Assembly (NCBI RefSeq): GCF_006345805.1
Contig: NC_043011.1
Span: forward strand, 15,388,464 to 15,452,463
Direction: 5' to 3'
DNA length: 64,000 bases
From: Octopus sinensis
Taxonomy: Eukaryota
The notes under the pieces are model-generated. The model was not told where the DNA came from and did no database searches. It saw only the letters and a program-made list of their open reading frames with translations. Both the position numbers and the translations under genes were made by a program. Below, piece by piece: positions 12,125 through 23,942 of this stretch. Each line of letters begins with the position of its first letter. The first letter of the stretch is position 1.

Positions 12125-14100
12125 GCTGCTGATCCATCATTATGCACCTCATAAAAAACTTGAGTAAATTATATGTAAAAGTATGACAAACATTCCATTT
12201 TCTGTCGCACCAAAAAGAGAAAACTTTGGAAGCCACGTAATTTTGTTATACCTAAAAACAGGGATTAGCATCTTGACAAAAAGTTGACAATTGTTCTTCC
12301 AGACAATCCTTCATCTAAATTCACTGACAAGGGCTCTCTTTCACTCCAGGTTTATTTACTTAGCCACATGCCAATATGATGAAGTCGTAGTCGTAAACAC
12401 AATAAATCTAAGATGGGCTGGCCATTGATGGGATACATTTGCGGATAGGTCTGCCAGATACAAAAACAAATGCAGCATTTCCTTTTTATCCCCGAAAAGA
12501 AAAGGGTCTTATCCGAGACGTCATAATTCAGATTTTTTCTATCGAATATAAGCTTCCTTATATTTGTATATTTAGCCCTAACAATATACGTAATCGTACC
12601 TCGAAGTCCGATCCGTACTAATGCAGACCGTTGCACGTCTAATACTTCTCATGATTATATTTTTTGTTATTGAAAATTTAGCTCTAATCCACGACTTTCG
12701 TATTGATGGCTAATATTGATTTTAACATAGATATAAGGTTTCACATATCAGTGTAGCGTTCAGTCACTCTGACCAACTCCAATACTTGACCAGCACTGCA
12801 GTTTATGACCTGGAAATATAAGAAACATTTGACATCTATAGCACTTGAAATCATATACATGGACCCATTTTTCCCAACACTTTCCCGATTTGGCTAATTC
12901 GACGTTTTCTGATCTATGTATAGCTGTTGCTTGCACAAGTTAACATTCTTACAGACGGGAAAATTTATAAGGGAAAGCGGTTCATGAATTCTTAAGGATA
13001 TTTCTGATGTCAATAAATTATAGTAATATAATATAATTATTACAAGCATAGGCACATATCTATACATGCTGAGAAGGGAGAAATGTGTGATTATTGACTT
13101 GTTATTAGCTTCATCAAAATTTAGTTCAGACCTGATTTAAGCAGGATTCGAACGTACAATATAAACAGGCATTAAAAAATACTTCAAATTGTTTTGTCTG
13201 GCGCTCTCCATGAGCTAGTGATGTAAAAATATGATTATATGAATAATATATTGCATAATAATTCTTCTCTTAAAATAGTACATCGTCCACATAACTTATC
13301 TTTGTTCCTATTTGAAAGAATTAATATAATGTGTTTGAAAAGCCTATTCGTACTGAAAGTTTCACTCATCTCCTAACACAAAAGATTATCGTTTAAAATT
13401 CGTCATTTTGAAAAATTTCTAAAACACTTTATAGACACGGCTCCCTATGACATATGATGGTTGAAATGTCAAATATTTGTAATAGTGTTTTATAAATATT
13501 ACAATTCCCACCCACCCGTGAAATATATATGGAAATAGTACTAGCATTAGGCTACAAGGCATTAAAAATTATTGTTCAAATTGTTTTCTGGTGAACTAAA
13601 CATTTTTGATTCAGAAAATGTTATCTTGTTCTCCTTTGTATTCTGTTTGGATGCATGAGTCAGAAACAGACAAAACAAACCAAAAAATAAATGAATAAAA
13701 ATAGAAATAAAATAAATTGAAAAAATTATAAAAAGGCAATGACAGACACAACCAATAACACTATATATTGTATTAGGGCCTAACGTTTGTGGGGAGAATA
13801 GAACCAGTGTTATCGGTCTCGTTTATGGCTGGTAATTTATAATTATAAATCTCGAAATGATGCTCGACAAACTACAGCGAGTTTTGAACTTGGAACGTAA
13901 TGAGTCGAAACGGGATAATGCTAATCATTTTGCCCGACGCATTGATCGTATTGATCATTCTGCTGCTGAACCATCATTATACGCCTTCCAACACAGACAG
14001 ACAGACAGAGACACACACACTCACAGACACATTTATGTATATATACTTTGTTTTTTCACAGTAGTACTCCGGCATGATCGGCTCCGTGGGGTTGAAACGT

Positions 14101-14135
<35 letters not shown>

Positions 14136-14141
<6 letters not shown>

Positions 14142-14207
14142 TAAATTCCTCTAGTTACATAATATCGAGGTCTCTTTCATTCTTTTGTTGTCATACGATT
14201 TCTATCA

Positions 14208-14210
<3 letters not shown>
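14136..14210 (+). repeat. fragment of the PLE pseudo-LTR-like family at 55960-56140
   Basis: TACAGATAAATTCCTCTAGTTACATAATATCGAGGTCTCTTTCATTCTTTTGTTGTC is nearly the reverse complement of about 55965-56042. Confidence 0.8.
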
Positions 14211-14241
<31 letters not shown>

Positions 14242-14266
14242 TATAGATATATACATATATAGACAT

Positions 14267-14309
<43 letters not shown>

Positions 14310-14372
14310 ATGTGGAGTATAATGCGTTGTGGTATTCGTCCCAATTCGTTCTCTAATTTGAAATCCCACCTA

Positions 14373-14486
14373 AGACAATGCTGGCTACATTCGGAATGGA
14401 ATCGTCTTTGTCAGAATGTTATGTACTTTGTTCAGCTCGCACTTAGTGAAAGATTAGGGGAATTCTGAAGCGAGTGCCGAAGTATA
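14373..14486 (+). repeat. unclassified dispersed repeat, copy 2
   Basis: Aligns to 11983-12124 with a ~28-bp internal deletion. Confidence 0.8.
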
Positions 14487-14610
14487 TCAGTTAATTGTAG
14501 TATTAGATGGGATCGAGATAATAGAAGAGGAATTTCAAGTTAAGTGGTATAAATAGTGGTAAAAAATATGCTAAGTAAATCTTATATCTTTATTCTGTAA
14601 CTATACAAAA

Positions 14611-14731
14611 GTAGCGAGCTGCTGGTGGAATCGTTAGCACGACGGTCGAAATGCTTAGCGACATTTCGCTTGTCCCTACGTTCTGAGATCAAATTCCACC
14701 GAGGCCGAACTTGCTTTCATCCTTTTGGGGG
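14611..14731 (+). mobile_element. SINE family B, 3'-truncated
   Basis: GCGAGCTG..GGAATCGTTAGCACG head and GAGATCAAATTCCACCGAGG B-box region. Confidence 0.75.
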
Positions 14732-14771
14732 GCATGACAAAGTCATTATCTTCATTATGTTTTGGAACGCT

Positions 14772-15154
14772 GCAATACCGTGAACAGCAAGTGGTAAAGG
14801 GAAAAACTCAGAATGCAACCGAATCTACTAGGTGGAAGATACCGAACAAGAAGAATATGAAAATGATTCACCTTATCAATGATAATTTATTATTTCGCAA
14901 TAACTCCGGCAAGTGAGAAATTGGGCAACTCTATGCCCTCTCATCTATTTAACAGCTCAGATTTGGCACCGTTTCTCTTTCACCTGTTCGATCCAATGAA
15001 GAACATTCATCGAAATAATGATTTAAAGAAAGGGACGAAGTGAAAGTGACTGCGAAGAAATGGATACCAAGGGGACACATGGAATTTTCAAAATTTGAGA
15101 AGTAAGTGGGTACAGCAATGGAACAAACATATCGCTTTTGAAGAAGACTACGTA
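14772..15154 (+). pseudogene. mariner transposase relic (catalytic domain to C-terminus)
   Basis: Fragments TVNSKW, PNKKNMKMIHLINDN, SSDLAPFLFHLFDPMK and WVQQWNKHIAFEEDYV resemble mariner HDNA, YSPDLAPSD and C-terminal motifs. Confidence 0.7.
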
Positions 15155-15168
15155 TACTTACTTACGTA

Positions 15169-15427
15169 CTTATTCTATCTGTCCTTTAGTCGAATCGCTA
15201 ATTTACAGGAACGTAAACACATCAACACCTGTTCTCAAGCGGTGATGGAAAAGACTGCTTTCTTACAGATTCTATGTGCCAAATTTATTATAGTCTCGGG
15301 CTTTAGTCAACCTGAGGCTATAATAGAAAATACTTGCCCAAGTTTTCACTAGACCCGGAACCATGTTGTTGGAAAGCAAACATCTTATCACACAACCACG
15401 CCTGCTTCTACGGCTACGCCTGCGCCT
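15169..15427 (-). mobile_element. SINE family A, degraded
   Basis: Reverse CORE GAGGCTATAATAGAAAATACTTGCCCAAG and reverse head ending CCTGCGCC. Confidence 0.75.
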
Positions 15428-16557
15428 GTATATGTATATGTATATGTATATGCGTATGTATATATATATATATATACATAGAGAGAGGTGTGTGTGTTGT
15501 GTGTGTGTGTGTGTGTGTGTGTGTGCATGTGAGTGTGAGTGTGTGTGTGTGTATACAGTAAATATAGTGTCATTTGACATACTTGCTCTCGCATAAAGTC
15601 CAATAAAGATTCTTCGGCAGCTATAGGAGAGGATCGAAAGGTGTTGGAAAGGTGACCAAATCACAATAAATTGCTGAATGAAAACAGCCATGTCCTCGTT
15701 CATACTGTTGAAAACAGCCGCCTAGGCTAAATTTACAACATAACTAAATGTAAATAGGATGCGATTACATATGTTTATTTAATTCGTCTGCATTAATTAT
15801 TCATCTACCAATTTTCTTGTACTATTATTTAAAAGAAATATATTTGTTATAAGACTTGTTTATATTTTAATAAGCAAATTTTGGACAGTTACTGTGCTAT
15901 GTTTATTTCATGTGTTCTGAATTGAAATTTCACCGTCGATGTCAATTTTTCCTTTCGTCTCTTCGAAGTTGATTATACAGAAATCCCCCTCGTCCCGGAA
16001 GCAATGCGCTCCTGAATATCTGGGTGTAACACGAAATTGTAAAATGCGAAATTAATTTTCCTATTCATTTTTATATTATCAAGTGAGATTGCGTTCCTAC
16101 AAATCTTTCTAAAAGAAACCCCGAAAATCAACAGAAAACGGCACAAAGAAACGATAGGGAACAAGCAGTATGATCAGCTTTATACATACACGGTACAATG
16201 TAGGTATATATTAACAAAAATATTGCAAGAAAAATACGTTATGGAATTAATAAATATTGTAATATCGTAAGAGAACATTCTTAACACAAAAAAAATGTTG
16301 TTGACTACTGCGTGAGGTGTTGTAGTAGAATGAGCATTACTAGGAGGATGAGGCTAGGCGGATGAGGGACAATATTTACTATCTTATCGTACATTACCAC
16401 GAACATCAGCTTGAGGACTGAAGAACTTATCAAAAGTCATTAGTTGTTTGTGACGCCTTGTGTCTTTGTACAACTCAGTATAGGAACTGAGCTCGTCATA
16501 TAAACTTTTGGCTTAGCATTTGGATGACCCTCGTGTTTATCGGTATATGACGCTAAA

Positions 16558-16972
16558 GGCGGCGAGCTGGCAGAACCGTTAACACGCCGGGCGAAATGAG
16601 TAGCCGTATTTCGTCTGCCGTTACATTCTGAGTTCAAATCCCGCCGAGGTCGACTTTGCCTTTCATCCTTTCAGGGTCGATTAAGTAAGTACCAGTTACG
16701 CACTGGGGTGGATATAATCGACTTAATCCGTTTGTCAGTCCTTGTTTGTCCTCTCTGTGTTTAGCCCATTGTGGGTAGTAAAGAAATTGGTTTTTTGTCT
16801 GCCGTTACGTTGTGAGTTCAAATTCCGCCGAGGTCGACTTTGAATTTCATCCTTTCGGGGTCGATAAATAAAGTACCAGATTCGACCTGGGGTCAATGTA
16901 ATCGATTTAATCCGTTTGTCTGTCCTTGTTTGTCCCCTCTATGGGTAGCCACTTGTGGGCAGTAAAGAAATA
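16558..16972 (+). mobile_element. SINE B1 tandem dimer with TSD
   Basis: Full unit plus a truncated second unit. TSD GGTATATGACGCTA at 16542-16555 and 16973-16986. Confidence 0.92.
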
Positions 16973-17358
16973 GGTATATGACGCTATTGCTGATTCTTGA
17001 TCCATACACCCAAGAGTCGTTCCATTTTAAAGCATTGCATTAAATCTATGAAAAAATGAGATCCGGTCAATTAACGGACTGGTTTCTTGAGCCCTTGACA
17101 TAATTTTCTCTCTGTTGTCATGCATTGTTCCCAGTGTAGACATTGCAAGATTTAATGTTTTGGCAAAATTACTTGTAGCACCGCATAAAAGTCTCTTTAA
17201 AATATCAAGTTCAATATCAAATGTAATCTATTTACTCCTCTTTTTCGACACTGCTGCCTTCAGATCTAGTTGATAGCGTCTTTCCAGACATCGTAAATTG
17301 AAGGTAAATCCAAAAGCAACACACATACATACATACGTACTATACATACGCACCTTCC

Positions 17359-17467
<109 letters not shown>

Positions 17468-17769
17468 TAAAAATAATGAAAATGAAAAATATTAGGGAAG
17501 GAGTGACGCTCAACCTAAAATAAATCTTGACCTCTATTCCTGTTACAGGTTGAATTATCAGTATAATAAATCGGCTCGGAGTGATAGGCAGAGTTAACCT
17601 CGACACAATTCAACAATGAACTGTAGAAGCTGTAATTAATTACTGCCCGTTTTATATCCGATGCTTATCATTCAGCCAATTCGCGTGTTAAAGGCTTTCC
17701 ATGTCAAACTGCCGAAAAGGCCCAATTGGGTCAAACTTCTGAGCGAGTTAATTACAAACATCTCTACGT

Positions 17770-18300
17770 ATGCACACAGGCACAAACACACACACATACA
17801 CACACACTCACACACACACTCACACACACACACACACACACACACAGGACACACACACACACAACACCAACACACATACACACACTCACGCACACACGCA
17901 CACACGCACACACACACCAACACACATACACACACTCACACAGACACAAATACGCACACATATGTACACACACGCACACACACACAAACACGAAGAAACA
18001 CATACACGCACGCACACACGCACACACACTCACACTCACGCACACACACACTCACGCACGCACAAACACACCAACAAACATACACACACTCACACAGACA
18101 CAAATACGCACACATACGTACACACGCGTACTCGCACACATACACAAACACGGAGAAACACACATATATACACATACAAAACACATACACAAGTATGTAC
18201 ACTCAGACACGCACACACACACACACGTACACGCGCATACACACCCACACACGCTGGCAAACACGTAGATACGCTCACGCAAGCGCAAACACTTGCACAA
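17770..18300. repeat. compound (CA)-rich minisatellite with higher-order repeat
   Basis: Block CACCAACA(C/A)ACATACACACACTCAC occurs three times (about 17865, 17915, 18070); the last two start ~155-bp duplicated units. Confidence 0.85.
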
Positions 18301-18340
18301 TATGCATAGATAAATGCATATAAATATGTTTATAAGTACC

Positions 18341-18500
18341 AGGAGTGGCTGTGTGGTAAGTAGCTTGCTTACCAACCACATGGTCCCGGGTTCAGTCCCA
18401 CTGCGTGGCACCTTGGGCAAGTGTCTTCTACTATAACCTCGGGCCGACCAAAGCCTTGCGAGTGGATTTGGTAGATGGAAACTGAAAGAGAAGCCCGTCG

Positions 18501-18532
<32 letters not shown>

Positions 18533-18780
18533 GTATATATATATGTATATGTGTGTGTATATATGTTTGTGTGTCTGTTTGTTCCCTCGGCATCGCTTGA
18601 CAACCGATGCTGGTGTGTTTACGTCCCCGTTACTTAACGGTACGGTTCGGCAAAAGAGACCGATTATTATAAATACTCGACTTACAAAGAATAAGCTCTG
18701 GGGTCGATTTGGTTGACTATATACTCGGTGCTCCAGCATGGCCGCAGTGAAATGGCTGAAACGAGTAAAAGAAAAAAAAA
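18341..18780 (+). mobile_element. SINE family A, full length
   Basis: AGGAGTGGCTGTGTGGTAAG head, CORE-like segment, internal (TA)n, GCTCCAGCATGGCCGCAGT tail. Confidence 0.92.
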
Positions 18781-19332
18781 GAAAAGAATAGATACACACA
18801 CAATACACACGCTCCCAAACACACATACAAAGAAACGCACACACACTCACGCGCTCACACACGCACATACATTTCACTTTCTTCTTCGTCGCTCTTCGCT
18901 GTTCTTTAGGCGACAAAAGTATGATTCATTTTTCTGCCGTGTGAAAGATCACAAATAGCTGGGTATCGACTTAGGGAAACAGCAGATGCTTTTCTCAGTT
19001 AAATTGCTAATTGTCTTTGGTGCTATTTCTATCGTTTGCACTTCCACATTCATGCACACTCATAAACACATATTTGTATATGCCTATGGATGTGCTCGTG
19101 TTAAAGTTTTCTTTTTAGATGTATGCGTATTTATTTGTATATCATGCATACATTATAATATAAGTGAATATGAACGTATATATGTATTTGTATCTACTCA
19201 GGGAATGTATATGATTTTGCAGTAATGAGTATGTCTGCACAAATTGATCACATTGGTGCCCTATGTATGTTATTAAACTCTGTCATTTTTTTTTTCAACT
19301 TGCATATATATATATATATAATATATATATTA

Positions 19333-19408
<76 letters not shown>

Positions 19409-19476
19409 TATATATATCTACATATATACATATATATATATACATATTACATATATATATACATATATAATATATA

Positions 19477-19523
<47 letters not shown>

Positions 19524-20467
19524 ATACTTGTGTGTGTGCTACGCTAATGTGATGTTCTCTATTGTGAGAATGAGAGCTAGTGTGAGAGAATGAGAGAGGA
19601 GAGAGAAAGAGAGAGAAAGAAAAAAAAGTATTTGTGTGCGCATGCGAGTGTGAATTTCGTTTTCATTATGTTCATTTTGAATAACTTTGATGTAAATGTT
19701 ATATAAAAAAAACCTTTTCGTAACTTAAGTAAACTTGACAAAAGCAGATATATAACCCTTCTGGGCAAACTAGGTGAAGCTCTTTTCATAAACGAGAAAT
19801 AATACCTGTCCTTTATTTTGATGGTAAAACCATTGAATTATTCTCTCTCTCTCTCACTGTATATATTTTCTTCATTATTTAGATTTTTTCTTCTATATTT
19901 CATAATGTACTCAAGCAAACTACAATAACTGTCACTCCAGCTCTGTTATCACTCGGCATCGTTGCACTACACTTTTCCATTTTTCAATAGCCTTTCTTTG
20001 TAACCTCACATTTTATCTTCCACTCTAGTTGTATTAATATTGTTCACTTAGTCTTGCTGGCTTACCTTATTTAACGTAAAAATAAGTAGAATTCAATTCG
20101 TTGCTATTGTTATTGGCCAATGCTTTATTTTGACTGACATTTATGCTACCTCTGTTATCTGTGCAAGAAAAATGCTATCAAGAAAACACATACTTTAAGT
20201 GAAATATACTAAAACTACCACAGAAAGAATCTTTAAGACAGATCATAAAATGGATGCTTAAGAAATGCTTAATTACACCGTTGTTCTACTTGAGATTCTT
20301 CGTTGCTTCTACTTTCCATTCTAATGGAAACCATTTCTAGATGAATGCTAATGTCTTGCTCGGCTCAACTCCGCATATATCAACCGTATTGTCGGTCTTC
20401 AATGTGTGTACAGTCCAATATATAAATACCGATATATACATATACATACACACACCACATATATATG

Positions 20468-20502
<35 letters not shown>

Positions 20503-20537
20503 TTATATTTATATTATATATATAGATATATATACTA

Positions 20538-20597
20538 AAAATAAGCAACAAAAGAATGACTCCGGTAATTACCGGAGTCATTCTTGTTGCTTATTTT
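20538..20597. repeat. 60-bp palindrome with 34-bp perfect core
   Basis: AAGAATGACTCCGGTAATTACCGGAGTCATTCTT (20552-20585) is its own reverse complement. Arms extend as AAAATAAGCAAC / GTTGCTTATTTT. Confidence 0.95.
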
Positions 20598-20697
20598 GAT
20601 TATAATCACCCCACGGATTTTATATGGATAACACCATTCAGAATTCTGGTGCATCTAAATTAAGTACCATATTCATTTGAATCTAAATTTTGCTGGA

Positions 20698-20775
<78 letters not shown>

Positions 20776-20813
20776 GGTGTGTGTGTGTGGTGTGTGTGTG
20801 TGTGTGTGTGAAA

Positions 20814-21348
20814 ATAATCAAAAAGGGTAATAACATAGGTTATTATTACCAGTGGCCTAGCACAAAAGACGAATTAGTCATTAAACAAAATATTATTCAT
20901 ATAGAAATATAATAAAAGGCTCCCAAATAAGGAAGCTTAGTGCTAGAGACACAAAGAGGGATAAATTCATGGAGAGAATGAAAATCAAAAACATTTACCA
21001 TTAACGATATATCCGGACTGATCAGTTTCTACCTCTTTCTAAACAAAACAGACAGAATATGTTTGCCAAGGCAAGGTTCGTCAGCGGGACGCCGTCCTAG
21101 TTCTAGGTACGGAGCGTTAGCGCACATGTCGATCTAACAATTTGTATATATTAACTTTTCAAACCTTTCTGCGCAGACGCAAAATATACCCGGCGACATA
21201 GGGCATGCCGGTAAAAAACTTTACGAACAAATTTATCAAGTAATATGTGAACATAATCAAAGAGGGTAATACATAGGTTATTATTACCAGTGGCCTAGCA
21301 CTAAAGACGAATTAGTCATTAGACAAATATTATTCATATAGCAAATAT
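20814..21348. repeat. ~96-bp direct repeats bracketing a ~340-bp unique core
   Basis: ATAATCAAA(A/G)AGGGTAAT..ATAGGTTATTATTACCAGTGGCCTAGCAC..AAGACGAATTAGTCATT at 20814-20910 and 21253-21348. Confidence 0.9.
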
Positions 21349-21540
21349 ATATATATAATATATATATATATAATATATATATTGTGTGTGTGTGTATGCA
21401 GTATGTATACATATTTATATATATATATATATGTGTGTATGCATGTATGTATACATATTTATTTATATATATATATATATATATACGTTTAAATATTTGT
21501 TGTGCCAGATTTTTTATGTGAAGTCGTGTGTTGAAACAGA

Positions 21541-21940
21541 TATTGTTTATATTTCGGAATGGTCATATTGCCAGTTTAGCCAAAAAACACACGCACTATA
21601 TATTTGGTGTTATTTGCTTCAGTGAATTTATTTTTTACATTAATCTTAATCTTATTTCGGCCAAAGTTCTTTCGTCACACTCTGTGACCGCATCAGTGGT
21701 CCTTTGTTTTCTTCTCACTTACTTGTGTCTCTCCTTACTAACGGTTAGTAAGGAGAGACACAAGTAATTGAGAAGAAAACAAAGGACCATGATGCGGTCA
21801 CAGGAGTGGACGAAAGAACTTTGGCCGAAATAAGATTAAGATTAATGTAAAAATAAATATCACTGAAGCAAATAACACCAAATATATGTGCGTGTGTTTT
21901 TATTGCTAAACTGGCAATATGACCATTCCGAAATATAACA

Positions 21941-21943
<3 letters not shown>
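21541..21943. repeat. 400-bp near-perfect fold-back palindrome (head-to-head pseudo-LTR-like arms)
   Basis: Arms 21541-21742 and 21744-21943 with a 1-nt loop at 21743 (TACTAAC-G-GTTAGTA). Differences are mostly 1-nt indels. Confidence 0.95.
21659..21702 (-). ncRNA. hammerhead-like ribozyme motif, atypical core
   Basis: GGACCA-CUGAUGCG-GUCAC-AGAGU-GUGAC-GAAAG-AA-CU-U-UGGCC: 5-bp stem II, collapsed stem III, stem I. Mirror copy at 21784-21826 (+). Confidence 0.55.
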
Positions 21944-21971
<28 letters not shown>

Positions 21972-22004
21972 GTGTGTGTGTGTAGGCATGTATGTCTACA
22001 TATT

Positions 22005-22035
<31 letters not shown>

Positions 22036-22074
22036 GCGAAGGGAAGCCATCCTTCCCGTCTTCAACTTATGATA

Positions 22075-22119
22075 CACAAGGACTCGAGTTTCAGGGTATT
22101 GACCCGTCATCGGCGTGTG
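22075..22119 (-). ncRNA. minimal type-I hammerhead ribozyme motif
   Basis: CACACG-CCGAUGA-C-GGGU-CAAU-ACCC-U-GAAAC-UCGA-GUC-CUUGUG: stem I 5/6 bp, stem II 4 bp, palindromic ACUCGAGU stem III, GUC cleavage triplet. Core has U4C. Confidence 0.75.
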
Positions 22120-22484
22120 ACAATCATAGTTGTCGGTGAGAAGTCGGTTCCTTCACAAATACATATACTTTTTCCAGTATCGATTGACACTGATATTGAA
22201 AAGTGAAATCAAACAATGATAAAACTCGCTCTGAGATTTATCATTGTTATATATATATATATATATATTATATGAGTATATATATATATATGAGTATATA
22301 TATATATGCATTTTTTGTATGTATGTATAAGTATATAAAATGTGTAAGTGCATATCGTAAATAAAATCATGTTAATGTTTGCGCATAGAAGTGTGTCGCA
22401 CTATCTGTTTCTGCTTGCTTGTGCTCTTTGTGTGTGTTCGTGCGCATACAGCAGACGTGTCACACGTCTCGTCATCTGTCACAG

Positions 22485-22676
22485 GAAGATTATTTCAAAA
22501 TTTTTATCCTCGTCCGGTTTTAACGAAAATGTCGATGAACTATTTATGGCCATTGTAGCAGCTAGTATTTTAAGTTTGATATTCTTCAGTAAATCTATAT
22601 TTATACAAAACATGGAGAATGACAATATCAACAGAGTGGTCAATAAGAAAGACAGCTTAGTCCATACTGAAATCAA
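22485..22676 (+). CDS. candidate internal exon (unverified) with one hydrophobic segment
   Basis: TCATCTGTCACAG acceptor, AA/GTAAGA donor, 192 nt, phase 2-2, one open frame KIISKFLSSSGFNENVDELFMAIVAASILSLIFFSKSIFIQNMENDNINRVVNKKDSLVHTEI. No family recognised. Confidence 0.2.
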
Positions 22677-23464
22677 GTAAGAAGACTGTAGATATTATTA
22701 TTTATTTATAATACACGGAGTTTTTTTTTACTTGCTTTTTTTCAATTTACCGGTTTAATGGAAAACGAAAATTATTTATTAGATTAAGTGTTTCTCTCTA
22801 CAAGGAAACACATGGATTAAAAAGTTTGACATTCCAGCATAGTTAACCTCGGTTCAATCCAACTGGCTTTAATAATAGATGTTTTCTCTAAAGAAAAAAT
22901 TGTAGCAATGACAACTAATACTGTTCGATTTATAGAGGCTAATGAGGGAAACTTGCAATATAACTTTTTGAATTATATTTAGTACGTGGATGGCAAGTTT
23001 ATCTCACCTCCTCATTTCGTGTTGACAATAGATAATTATCTCATATATCTGGTAAAATGTTGCTGTCGAGGATATTGGCAATTCGTGATATTATTCAGAT
23101 AAGATATCCAAGATTCAAGATATGGTGTCACACTGGAAATTGCTTCAAACTTTACCCAAACAAGGACAACTTCTTTGTTTCTATGTAAGAGCATGGCAAA
23201 TATATTTTATTACACGTGCCATTCACTTGAAAACATATTAAATGAATTGTTAAAAGTCTCATTCCGCTTTCCTTCGTAAAATGGCCTTTGTTTTTTTTAT
23301 GAAATAGCCAATAGAGGGAGGATAATCTTTTGACATTTTTAAGTCCTCAGTGACTGGCGAAACTGTTATGACCAATCAGTGACAAGCACGAATATATTAC
23401 ATGTAAAATATGCCGGAAAAATATGATGGACGACTATACACTCACCTCCAGCGAATATTAACAA

Positions 23465-23658
23465 GGGAGCAAGAACTAGCAGAATCGTTAGCATGCCGTG
23501 CAATATATTTTGCAGTATTTCCTCCGTTTTTACATTCTAAGTTCAAATTCTGTCGAGGTCGACTTTCCCTATCATTCTTTCAAGGTCAATAAAATAAGTA
23601 CCAGTTGAGCACTGGGGTCGATGTAATTCATTTATTCCCCCATCGAAATTGCTGACCG
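23465..23658 (+). mobile_element. SINE family B2, degraded
   Basis: GCAGAATCGTTAGCATGCC head, AAGTTCAAATTCTGTCGAGGTCGACTTT, AAGTACCAGTTGAGCACTGGGGTCGATG. Confidence 0.8.
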
Positions 23659-23671
23659 CTGCGCTGTGGTG

Positions 23672-23677
23672 ATCATA

Positions 23678-23768
<91 letters not shown>

Positions 23769-23798
23769 ATTTATATATAATATATTTATATATATATT

Positions 23799-23834
<36 letters not shown>

Positions 23835-23890
23835 ATATATATATTATATATATTATATATATATATATTTATATATATATATATATATAC

Positions 23891-23938
<48 letters not shown>
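23672..23938. repeat. long (TA)n microsatellite
   Basis: About 270 bp of interrupted TA. Similar tracts at 10215-10283, 19305-19520 and 46680-46835. Confidence 0.95.

Positions 23939-23942
<4 letters not shown>

Noticed and set aside
12350-12480. Strong acceptor followed by ..LRWAGH*
   Set aside because: It stops early. At most this is a tiny RTE-like relic resting on a 6-aa motif.
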